The notes under the pieces were generated by a model. That model was not told the DNA's origin, did not search any database, and saw only the letters and a list, made by a program, of their open reading frames with translations. From Monocercomonoides exilis PA203 (lineage: Eukaryota; Protista; Preaxostyla), in the NCBI GenBank assembly GCA_001643675.2, contig LSRY02000017.1, positions 868,001 to 932,000 of the forward strand: 64,000 bases of DNA, given 5' to 3'. Position numbers and translations under genes: made by a program. Below, one piece after another: positions 9,511 to 19,234 of this stretch (position 1 is the stretch's first letter; every line of letters begins with the position of its first letter).

Positions 9511-12500
9511 TCATCGAATCAACGAATCTCCACTCTCAGCTTCACTTTCCCCACTTCCATCTCTATCCCCCGACCCAACCTCCAGCCCAATCGCATCAGT
9601 CACTGTGACCATCACAGCCCCGGCCGGGAAGTGCCCAAACAGCTCCCGCTTCACATCCATCAGCCCTGGCCTCTCCTCTCCATTCTGCAACAAGCACGCT
9701 TTCACCCCCTTGCTCAGCTCGCATCCCTCAATCTCCTCTGCCCCAGGCCTCTCCCCATTCACAATCTTCTGCCCTGCCACCTCTGCCTCATACTCCCCAA
9801 ACGGGATCTGGAGCGTCAGACACTCCCACGCCATCATCCCAATCGAAAACACCACCGACTTCTTTGTCGCTCCCATCTTCTTGTTCATCAGCAACTCAGG
9901 TGCCTTCCACCTCAGACACTCTTTTTTGAAATCTTCCTCATCCTCAAAGGCAGATGAAGGAAGGGATTCATCATCGCTGGCAGATGTCGCAATAGTTGAT
10001 GAAGAGATGGATGAGGAATCTGAACTATCATCAGAAGAAATGTCTGAATGCATCACGATGCAGATGACCATGCGTTCAGAGAAAAGGACAATGTGAGGGC
10101 TCAAATTAGAAAGCGGTTGAAGTGGAATTTCCATTTCATCAAATGAATGGAGTGCGAGATTAGCCACCCAGAACAGGATTTGTGCAGCTGTATATTCTCT
10201 CTCCTGCAAACTCCCAATTGCCATATCTTTTTTCTCATTTCTCCCATGAAGCAACATGAACAATGAATCTCTTAAATCCACAATCAGCTTCTCATGAGGC
10301 GAGGAGCAAGCCATTGCATCCACCAAGTTCGACATCGATGAGGTGGTTGGACACAGATCCTCTCCACGAACAAATGTTGAATCAGTATCTGAAGTTTCTG
10401 TGGTTGAAGTGGATGAAACAGAGGGAGATGGCGTTCTCTTTCTTGTCTCTTCTTCCTCAACCTTCTCCAATGCCCATTCAGGAATCTTATCTGAATCTTT
10501 CCCCAGAATGTATTCTGTGGATCCGCTTTCAGATAGAAGATGCTCAGATGATTCAGAATGCTGCACATTCGTATCATATATTCTCTTTTTCATTCTCTCA
10601 TCATTCTTCCTCTCTGCCTCTCTCTCCGCTCTTCTCCACTGTTCCTCAGGCGACATCTCCATCGTCACCATCTCAATAAGCTTTGGATCTTTTTTGATGT
10701 TATCGTTCACTATCTCTCTCAAATCTTTCGCTTCATTCTTTGCCTTTCTCCATCGAAAAGCCAGAACAATTGATACAATGAGCACAATCATGAGAATGAT
10801 TGCCATGATGATCACAATGATCGGCCAAAATGATTTTTGTTCTCTTCCTCCTTCAACAATCCTTTCATTTCTATTCGCCTTTGTTTCGCTCGCATTCTTC
10901 AGAACAAATGGCTCTGTTGAGGAAGGAGATTCTGTGTCGCCAAACAAAATATGCACACTCACTTCAATTTCATTTCCACAACTGCTGATGAAAGCCTTTT
11001 CAACACTCCCTTCTGCTTCTCTTTCTGACAAGAATCCATTTGAATCAAAATCATGTTTTTCAATCTCTTTCTCTTCTCCTTTTCTCTTCACAACTGAGAA
11101 GGTCAGGTTGCATGGAACAAGAAGCAATCCTTTGAATGTCAGCTTCATTCTATCTGTCTCTTCTTTTGCTTCCACACTCTCCAGAACAGGAATAAAGAAT
11201 GATGAATCTCTTTCTGAAACAATCCCTTCAAAACTGCACCCATCATTCAGCATCCAAAGTGGGGAGTTATCTTTTACTCCATCTCCTCCTTTCAAACTCA
11301 TCACATTCAATGTTCCAGAATCTGAGCAGATGATGTTTCTCCTCAATGACGGATATCTCTCAATTGATGGATTATTGTTCAAAAATTCTCCTTTTTCAAT
11401 AATCACATTTCCTCCACTCATTGTAATTCCACCTTCTGGTGAATTTGAAATTGTTGTATCTTTCATCATCACAGAACTCTTCACAACATCCACAATAGAT
11501 CCATCCCATCTGCACATCTCTTCCCCTTCATTCAAATATTGTTCATTTCTTTCCTTTTCACTCCCATATAAAATGCAACTGTCCATTTTCACATCCAAAC
11601 AATTCTCCAATTTCATCAATTTTCCTTTTGTTGTCTTTGAACTGACTCCGCCCATTGTGCAATTTGTAAATTGCATTGTCTTTTTCATTGACAAGCAAGA
11701 TATCAAAGATTCTTCATTTCCTTCAACTGTGATATTTTCAACCTTTAATCTGTCCATATTCAATTGACCGAATTCATTAATATCTAATAGAGGTTTTGAA
11801 ATTGTTGAATTGGAAATCGTTAATGAATCAATGACTGATGGAAGTGGTGATGAAAGATATAATGCAGATTCTTGAAGAATAAGATTTGATGCTATGCATC
11901 CATCAAGTTGTAATTCTCCTTTTTTCATGAATATAATGTGAAATGGAATATTTGCAAAAGCTTCATTTCTTTCTCCATCCGTCAATTGTTTTGAGGTGAA
12001 TGAACAATTCATTATTTCAAGAATACCACCTTCTGGTGATATTAGTGATTCATGTGAAGAAATGAAATTCGAATCAAACACAAATCCTATTCTCAACATT
12101 GAAACTGATCCATCTGTTGCCACCAAAGTCTCTCTTGTTCTTTCAATCCCTGATTTCACTTCAACTTCGCACATTTCCCTGCTCTTCGAACTCAAACTCA
12201 TTTCCTTCAGATTTAATTCTCCTCCAATCACACTCTCCTCAACAATGAACATCAGACTCATGAAATCTGAAGTCAGATGCATCAGCCCATAATCAATCGA
12301 AGCACATGGAAGTGTGTTTGTTCCACATTGTCTGTCGTCCGTTCCATTCAAGCTGCTCACAATGATCGTGTCACTCTGATAGATCGTCACAAAATTAATC
12401 AGATTCGTATCATTAGGATATTCACAAGAATCTCTCCCATATATCGCATTGAAACGAGTGTAATGGCCTTCTCGAAGATCAAACTGGAATTGGCTTTCAT

Positions 12501-15500
12501 TTATCTGCGACGTGATGTTGAAACATTCGATGAAAACATCATTTCCAACTTTTGCTGTGTTCGCACTGAATTTCATTCCCACAAATGTGAAATTTAGAAA
12601 CCCTGTTTCCTTTGTTGCCAGATACACTCCTCCTCCTTTTCCTGAACTTATACTACAGCTGCAATGGCTGATTGTTGAGCCAATCATCTTCATTGATCCA
12701 GATGCACCCAATGTGAAGAATATCGCCCCTCCTTTTTCACTTGTTTCTGCTTTGTCTTCTGCGATGTTGCTCTCATTCACAACCAAACAAATCTTATTCT
12801 CACTCTTTGATTCCAAAATGCTCGCTCCATTGTCGCTCCTCTTCACTCCTGAAAATGATGATTTCTCAATTTGAAGATTTATTTTCTCATTTTTGTTTTT
12901 CAATTTTGATCCTGGCTCAGATTTCTTGATTGACAAAATGCATTCTCCACTTTCATTCAACAATTCCACTCGAACATTCACCAAATGGCAAACAACTCCA
13001 GAATTGCGAATGGTAAATATACTGTTTCCAACATTGCACGATTCCAAAGACAAATCATTCACTTCCACACTTCCTCCAACCACATCCACAAACACACAAT
13101 TATATCCATTGTTCACTTCTGCTTCTGAATGGAATGAGCATCCAGTTATCACCAAATCTCCATTTCTATTTGAAATAATCGTTTTGGCTGAGTTGTCAAA
13201 TCCCGATGTTAGTTGAAGTTGGATATTCCTCAATTCGAGGTGAATATCATTTTCCATGAAATATTCCAGTTGACTTTCAATTGCCTTTTCAAAATTCAAA
13301 ATTGTTTTTGTATCTTCTTTTCCCATCTTTTCACTCTTTTTGATCTGATAATTGGACATGTTGAATGAATCTCGAATGATAGTTGATCCTTCAATTTGTA
13401 TTGTTTTCATTTCATCTCCCTCTTTCATGTTTTCCATCCCTTTCCACATCGTGAAGCATGGCTCTTCCTCACTTCCACATCTTGCAACATCAAATCCTTC
13501 AGATGAGATAAATATCTCAAATGAGCTGTATGGAACGAGGAACATGAATAAATCCTTTTCTTGATGAAAATCATCACTTCCTACAAACAAATTTCCATCA
13601 TTTGCCATTGATGAATAATCGAACTTGAATGACTCATTCGTCACAGAAATGTTGAAATCCTTTCCCAAAATGAACATATTCTTTCCAAAAGTTGCATTGT
13701 TGCTATCAAACGTTACGCCTTCCAAAAGAAATGGTGTTTCATTCAAACAATTTTGGCAATCCAAATGCAAAAATCCTCCTTTTCCATTTGTTGTTAAAAG
13801 TGAACAAGATGAAGCATTTGTCGATTTGATCTCCAGTTTTTCATTCCCTTTCAATGTCATTTTTGTAACGCCTCCTTCTTCGCTAACTGTGTTCGTAATG
13901 CTTGAAAAGTTACTGTTTTCAATCAAAACAGAAGAAGCCATCACCAGTGGTGAAATGACAAATGAAGAATCTACCAAACAACATCCTTTCAATGCGCAAC
14001 TTCCACTTGTTGTGGTTATCAACGAGTATTGAATGATATCTGATGATTGGATATCAAATAAACAGTTTTCGAATTGAAGAATTCCACTCGATGAGATCAA
14101 CGAATTCATATTTGATGCAAATTGGCTTGGAACCTGCATCTTCAAAGACAACAAGCTGAGTGAAACTGTTGATGAAATTACAGATGAAGACGATGCAGAA
14201 TCCTCATTTATTGTCTCCTCAAAATGAACAAGTCTGTGCTTCACATCATCTCCCTCATTCACACACCCATCAATCACAAGTGCATCAGTGAAGGAATAAA
14301 AATCTTCGATTGTTCCTTCATCTCTCACATTCACTTTCCTTTCTCCTTCTGTCTCGCTTTGGTCAAGATTGCCAATTCCACTTTTCAATGATTTGCATGG
14401 GAATTTTTCACTTCCACATCCCAATGTGTCATGCCCATTCTTCGACACAGACACAACCATCCACTTCAAAGAAACAAGAAACACTCGGAGATCCATTTTT
14501 CCATATTTCCCATCTTCTCCAACAAATGCATTTCCATCATCCTTGTGTTCCGTGCAATCAAATGCAAAACGCTCTGTATTCACAGTATTCACCAGACTGC
14601 TGCTCTTCACAAACATGTTCTTTCCAATTGCTGCCCTGCATCCAGAAAACGATATTGACGAAAGCTGAACTCCTCCTTCATTCAAACTGCAATCCAGATA
14701 TATCCCTCCTCCTTTTCCTCCATTGTTCTCATTCTCACAAACACATCCAACAAATGAACTATTTTCAAGTGCCATAAATCCTCCATTCTTCAGAACGATC
14801 TTCAGTGCTCCTCCTTCTTTGCTCTTCTCTGACAATGCCCCGTTAATTGTACTTCCATTCATCACCATCCCAATTCCCAAACTGCCTCCAAATACGGCTG
14901 CCTTTCCCTCTACTGCCACTCCACTATCAATCTCCAATCCTTTCAATGTGCAATTCAATAACTTCACTTTGTATTCCAGTTCATTCACATTTGCCGAGGA
15001 AAGCGTAATTGAAAACAATGAAACTGTTGATTTCACATCTGAAATCTTCACAAATTCCAGTTCAACCATCTTCCCTGTCGATTTGATCAAGAAAAATTCA
15101 ATTGTGTTTTGCTTCCCTCCAACCACTCTCATCTCACAGTTCGACATGTGCAACTTGCCATTTGCACTGCTCGATTCGATCACTGCTGAGATTGTTCTGA
15201 TAAAACTTGATGGAACAACAATCCCAATGAACTGTATTTCTGTCAGTGATGATGATTTCAATACACATTCTTCAGATCCATTCACATCTCTTTGACATTC
15301 AATCTTTACAATTGTCTCCTCTTTTGCCTTTATACACATTTCCCCCACATCTATACATCCCATCATCAACGAATTTGAAATTACAATAATCTCTTTTTTA
15401 GCATTTGTTTTCTTTAAACGGTTCATTCCATTATTAACATTCTTACAAGGTGCTTTCTCCAGACCACAATATACCTCCTCCTCTCCGGATGTTCCATCCA

Positions 15501-18447
15501 CATAAATTGTATCATCAAAGTATCCATCGAAAAATATGAATAAATCGACATTCCAGTCACCGAATGCCTCTGTTCTGTCATGCCCAACAACCGAGTTGTC
15601 TTTCTGAGTGATATTTCTCATGAAGGAGAACAAGGGCTCTTTCACAGAAGCGACAAACGATTCGCACACAAAATACATATCTCTTCCGACACAGGCCTTA
15701 TTGGCTGAAAACACGATATTGGTGATGGAAAAGGTTGTGGATGACACTTGTGAATCGTCCTTGAACTCGATCATGAGAGCACCGCCTCTTCCTCCAGAAT
15801 TTGTATCCTCGCTCACAAAGCAGCTGGAGAAGGTGGTGTTGCTCACTGAAAACGCATTGGCAGAGGCGGATGATGCGAATGAGATGCACCCGCCATCTGT
15901 GGCAGTTTGTTGGCTGAACTGTTCTGAGTTGATGTTGGTGATGGTGCAGTTGGCGAGGGAGAGGGAGAGGGCAGGGGAGGTGGCAGAGGAGAGGACACAG
16001 CTGGCTGGAGTGGCTGTGGAGGTGATATCGGTGATGCTGGAGGAGTTGAGGGTGAGTGGAGTGGTGAGGGAGATAAGGAGGAAGATGCTTTGGCTGCTGA
16101 GGGAGAGTTGGGTGATTGCTGTGTGGTTGAGGGCGATGGAGCCAGCAGTGAGGAAGAAGAGGGGAGTTGTGATTGATGATGAAGATGGGGTTGTTCCGGT
16201 GATGGTGGTTGTGTTGAGGTTGAGGGAAGGGGAGTTATCGGAGAGGTGGAAGAGGATGGGAGTGATTTGGTTTGTGGAGTTGTGGGCGATGGCGAGGGCA
16301 GAGACTGTGAGGGAGCCCTGAGTCTGTTGGAAGAGGGCAGACGAGGCAGATGGATCTGGTGAAGAAGAAGATGATGATGATGATGAAGGTTGAGGAATGC
16401 TACTGGATGCAATGGTTGTGGTAGTTGTTCCGTTTCCTGTGATTCTTGTATTTGGAGCACGAAACGTGAGTGTCTGAGCTGGAGTGAAAGAGGAGATGAG
16501 GAGAGTGAGGGAAGTATCTTTGAAAAATACAAAGCCATAGAGGGCGTATTCAATTGTGGCGCATGGGGTTTGTTGAGAACTTCCACAGGCATCGATATCT
16601 TCCCCGTTGTTTGCTACGATTTTATTCTGGCTGATAAAGGGGAGCCAGCCATTATATTCAGCATTGTCTGCTTGTCCATTATTCCACACTCTTTTAGTTG
16701 GGGTTGTTGAGCCACATTGCTGGAATGGAGATTGAGTGATATCACTTCCGTAAAAGAACACATCATTCCCTCTGCCATTTGTTGCAGCGTTGCCATCGAA
16801 GAAACAGAAAGCGATGAATTTTACTCCATTCATCCAGGAATAAGGAGGATAAAAACACATTGCAGCACCACCGTAGGTAGTTGGATTTTCGACTTTGTTG
16901 TTAATGAACTGGCACTCTTGAAGTAAATATTGAAGTGAATTTTGTGGTGGAGGGTAATGAAACGTGACTGCGCCAGCCGCATCACCTCCGGTATTTGCAA
17001 TGCAGGAACAATTTTTGAACAAGAATTTTGCATCTGATGGCATGCTATCGAGTACGAAATACCAACCAGTTCCATGATTGCCTTTTATTTCACAACTTTC
17101 AACTCTGTTATCTGAGAAAGAATAAACAGAATTTGATTGTGGCCCACCAATACAATTTGCTCCTCCATGAGCAGCTGAACAGTTTGTGAAATTTGATTTT
17201 GTGATATCAATTTTCAAAAAATTTCCGCAGAACAATGCTCCACCTTCCCAGCCACCTGTGCAAGAACAATTGTTGAACGAACAAGAAGTGACTGTGAGAT
17301 TTGCATTTGCACAATTGATACAAAGTGCACCTCCACGACTTGATTCACTTTTTGAATTTTCCCATTCGCACCACTCAAAGATATAGCAATTCAAATCAGT
17401 AAAGGTCAATCGACTTAATTCCTTTCTTTGAGATTCAGAACCGTTATATCTTACAAGATCATTTGATAAAGATCGAGTTTGGTGAAGAAAAGAGGCATTG
17501 AATGCAGAGAGCGAAGTGGATGGACTGTTGAGGGAAGGGAGAATGGCACCATCAACGGGGTTGTGGGTGTGGAGGAAGATGGTTGAGTGAATGGAGATTG
17601 ATGAGTGAAGAGAAAAGGAGGGGATTGTGTTTGTATTGATGTTGGTGGCAGTGGTTGTGGTGAATGAGTTGTGCTGGTGTGTGGTGTTTGTGGTGATTGT
17701 GGTTGTGGTGGTGGATGGAGTGAGTGAGTGTGAGGAAAGTGGTGTTTGTGTTAAATGTGGTGAGAGAGAAGAGATGTTGGAGAAGAGTGTGCTTGAGAGA
17801 TGGAGATTGAGGTGGATTTGGGGGTGAATAGGGGAAGAAGAGGAAAAAAGGAAGGGCTGGACGAGGGAGACGAAAGAGGAGAAAGAGGAGTGGGAGATGG
17901 AGAAGGAGGTGGAGACTGGGGAGTGGGAAGAAGAGAAGAGATAATTTGGGGTGGAGAAGAGGGGGAAGGAGAGGATGGCCGGTTGAGGGATGAGGAGGGA
18001 GAAGTTCGTGAGGGAGAGGGAGCTGTGTGCAGAGAGGAAGAGTGAGTGGTGCTTGTGATTGTGATTGTGGTGTGTGTGGATTTGGCAGGCAGAGGAGCAG
18101 ATGGAGGCAGCTGAGTGGTGTTGGGCAGTGAGGAGTGGGCAACAAGTGAGAGGCACCATGGTGAGATTGCTCACGCACAACGAGCTGTTGACGATAACAA
18201 GACTTGTTTCAGCACAACACAACCGGTTGCCAGCTGCATTCCCGATCACTTCCCTTCGAATGGAATAATTATTATTATATGCTCCTTTTTCGTCTGAAAT
18301 TCTTATCTTGCCTTTTGGCATCTCCTCATCGCATATTTGTTGAATTTGCCTTTTTGCAATGCCTCCGCAGCTGCAGCTGTGGACAACCAGCAACAACAAT
18401 GCAGATAAATGGAATGCAGCTTTCATGTTGGTGGAGCACCTCACCAT
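9511..18447 (-). CDS. Giant intronless type I membrane protein: signal peptide, repeated beta-helix (pectin lyase/Pmp-like GGA) modules, one TM helix, degenerate TK/TKL-like kinase C-lobe
   Basis: 2978-aa ORF; hydrophobic leader MKAAFHLSALLLLV (likely start 18426); repeated GGA/GGG..F..N.A..G.D.F and CG....PC motifs; TM FWPIIVIIMAIILMIVLIVSIVLAF followed by RWRK; RWKAPELL, SVVFSIG..WE..T..IPF, RP motifs. Confidence 0.88.
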   Translation of the reverse strand: MVRCSTNMKAAFHLSALLLLVVHSCSCGGIAKRQIQQICDEEMPKGKIRISDEKGAYNNNYSIRREVIGNAAGNRLCCAETSLVIVNSSLCVSNLTMVPLTCCPLLTAQHHSAASICSSACQIHTHHNHNHKHHSLFLSAHSSLSLTNFSLLIPQPAILSFPLFSTPNYLFSSSHSPVSTSFSISHSSFSSFVSLVQPFLFSSSSPIHPQIHLNLHLSSTLFSNISSLSPHLTQTPLSSHSLTPSTTTTTITTNTTHQHNSFTTTTATNINTNTIPSFSLHSSISIHSTIFLHTHNPVDGAILPSLNSPSTSLSAFNASFLHQTRSLSNDLVRYNGSESQRKELSRLTFTDLNCYIFEWCEWENSKSESSRGGALCINCANANLTVTSCSFNNCSCTGGWEGGALFCGNFLKIDITKSNFTNCSAAHGGANCIGGPQSNSVYSFSDNRVESCEIKGNHGTGWYFVLDSMPSDAKFLFKNCSCIANTGGDAAGAVTFHYPPPQNSLQYLLQECQFINNKVENPTTYGGAAMCFYPPYSWMNGVKFIAFCFFDGNAATNGRGNDVFFYGSDITQSPFQQCGSTTPTKRVWNNGQADNAEYNGWLPFISQNKIVANNGEDIDACGSSQQTPCATIEYALYGFVFFKDTSLTLLISSFTPAQTLTFRAPNTRITGNGTTTTTIASSSIPQPSSSSSSSSSPDPSASSALFQQTQGSLTVSALAIAHNSTNQITPILFHLSDNSPSLNLNTTTITGTTPSSSSITTPLFFLTAGSIALNHTAITQLSLSSQSIFLLISLTTPLTLNSSSITDITSTATPASCVLSSATSPALSLSLANCTITNINSEQFSQQTATDGGCISFASSASANAFSVSNTTFSSCFVSEDTNSGGRGGALMIEFKDDSQVSSTTFSITNIVFSANKACVGRDMYFVCESFVASVKEPLFSFMRNITQKDNSVVGHDRTEAFGDWNVDLFIFFDGYFDDTIYVDGTSGEEEVYCGLEKAPCKNVNNGMNRLKKTNAKKEIIVISNSLMMGCIDVGEMCIKAKEETIVKIECQRDVNGSEECVLKSSSLTEIQFIGIVVPSSFIRTISAVIESSSANGKLHMSNCEMRVVGGKQNTIEFFLIKSTGKMVELEFVKISDVKSTVSLFSITLSSANVNELEYKVKLLNCTLKGLEIDSGVAVEGKAAVFGGSLGIGMVMNGSTINGALSEKSKEGGALKIVLKNGGFMALENSSFVGCVCENENNGGKGGGIYLDCSLNEGGVQLSSISFSGCRAAIGKNMFVKSSSLVNTVNTERFAFDCTEHKDDGNAFVGEDGKYGKMDLRVFLVSLKWMVVSVSKNGHDTLGCGSEKFPCKSLKSGIGNLDQSETEGERKVNVRDEGTIEDFYSFTDALVIDGCVNEGDDVKHRLVHFEETINEDSASSSSVISSTVSLSLLSLKMQVPSQFASNMNSLISSSGILQFENCLFDIQSSDIIQYSLITTTSGSCALKGCCLVDSSFVISPLVMASSVLIENSNFSSITNTVSEEGGVTKMTLKGNEKLEIKSTNASSCSLLTTNGKGGFLHLDCQNCLNETPFLLEGVTFDSNNATFGKNMFILGKDFNISVTNESFKFDYSSMANDGNLFVGSDDFHQEKDLFMFLVPYSSFEIFISSEGFDVARCGSEEEPCFTMWKGMENMKEGDEMKTIQIEGSTIIRDSFNMSNYQIKKSEKMGKEDTKTILNFEKAIESQLEYFMENDIHLELRNIQLQLTSGFDNSAKTIISNRNGDLVITGCSFHSEAEVNNGYNCVFVDVVGGSVEVNDLSLESCNVGNSIFTIRNSGVVCHLVNVRVELLNESGECILSIKKSEPGSKLKNKNEKINLQIEKSSFSGVKRSDNGASILESKSENKICLVVNESNIAEDKAETSEKGGAIFFTLGASGSMKMIGSTISHCSCSISSGKGGGVYLATKETGFLNFTFVGMKFSANTAKVGNDVFIECFNITSQINESQFQFDLREGHYTRFNAIYGRDSCEYPNDTNLINFVTIYQSDTIIVSSLNGTDDRQCGTNTLPCASIDYGLMHLTSDFMSLMFIVEESVIGGELNLKEMSLSSKSREMCEVEVKSGIERTRETLVATDGSVSMLRIGFVFDSNFISSHESLISPEGGILEIMNCSFTSKQLTDGERNEAFANIPFHIIFMKKGELQLDGCIASNLILQESALYLSSPLPSVIDSLTISNSTISKPLLDINEFGQLNMDRLKVENITVEGNEESLISCLSMKKTMQFTNCTMGGVSSKTTKGKLMKLENCLDVKMDSCILYGSEKERNEQYLNEGEEMCRWDGSIVDVVKSSVMMKDTTISNSPEGGITMSGGNVIIEKGEFLNNNPSIERYPSLRRNIICSDSGTLNVMSLKGGDGVKDNSPLWMLNDGCSFEGIVSERDSSFFIPVLESVEAKEETDRMKLTFKGLLLVPCNLTFSVVKRKGEEKEIEKHDFDSNGFLSEREAEGSVEKAFISSCGNEIEVSVHILFGDTESPSSTEPFVLKNASETKANRNERIVEGGREQKSFWPIIVIIMAIILMIVLIVSIVLAFRWRKAKNEAKDLREIVNDNIKKDPKLIEMVTMEMSPEEQWRRAEREAERKNDERMKKRIYDTNVQHSESSEHLLSESGSTEYILGKDSDKIPEWALEKVEEEETRKRTPSPSVSSTSTTETSDTDSTFVRGEDLCPTTSSMSNLVDAMACSSPHEKLIVDLRDSLFMLLHGRNEKKDMAIGSLQEREYTAAQILFWVANLALHSFDEMEIPLQPLSNLSPHIVLFSERMVICIVMHSDISSDDSSDSSSISSSTIATSASDDESLPSSAFEDEEDFKKECLRWKAPELLMNKKMGATKKSVVFSIGMMAWECLTLQIPFGEYEAEVAGQKIVNGERPGAEEIEGCELSKGVKACLLQNGEERPGLMDVKRELFGHFPAGAVMVTVTDAIGLEVGSGDRDGSGESEAESGDSLIR

Positions 18448-19234
18448 GGATGTGGATGGAAGAAAAAACGAAAATCAAAATTGCCTGCACCCCTTATTGT
18501 AGTTATTATGAATTATTTGAATATTTGGAAAAGTGAGAATTGAGTTAAAAAAACTGCATTATAAGCATTTCATGCAAATGAAAGCTTTCAGTTGAAATTA
18601 ATTCTTGAAATAATCAACTTTATCAAAAGTTCTTTAATTAATACTTACTCCAACAAGTGTAATTATTGATCAAAAATGTTTATTTCAGTAAAAACTGTCT
18701 CTTTTTTTTTTGTTCATTCAAAGAATGATTGAAAGATACAGCAGAATGCAAAATTTTTTTCATTATGTCTTTAAATCATAATTCAATATGCGAATAAATT
18801 TTAAAGATGAACATATCATGAAGGAGCACAAAGCAGTTTCGGATCACAAACTTTCGAATATGACTGAATTTATTTGAATTTTTTAATAAATATTTGTCCT
18901 CATTGCTTTTAAAATTTAAGAGCTATAAACTTTCAAAAAAATACGATAAGTTATCAACATGTTTAGTTAATGATTGTTGTAGCAAAAATTAAAAAGTTTC
19001 CGATAAAAAAATGCTGATTCCAATCAAATTTTGCAAATCCTTCTTTTTCACATTTTCTCCTTAAACAAAACACAATTTTCATAATGAAATTGCTTCTTCT
19101 TAATTAAGCTCAAAAGCGTTTTTATGATTGCCATTTCATCATTATGCGCGCATTCACTGCAATAAGCATCATTAAGCGTTATTTCGCTAAGCTTTAAGAT
19201 TCATTTTTTTTATCCCTTTGCAATTGGACACTAT

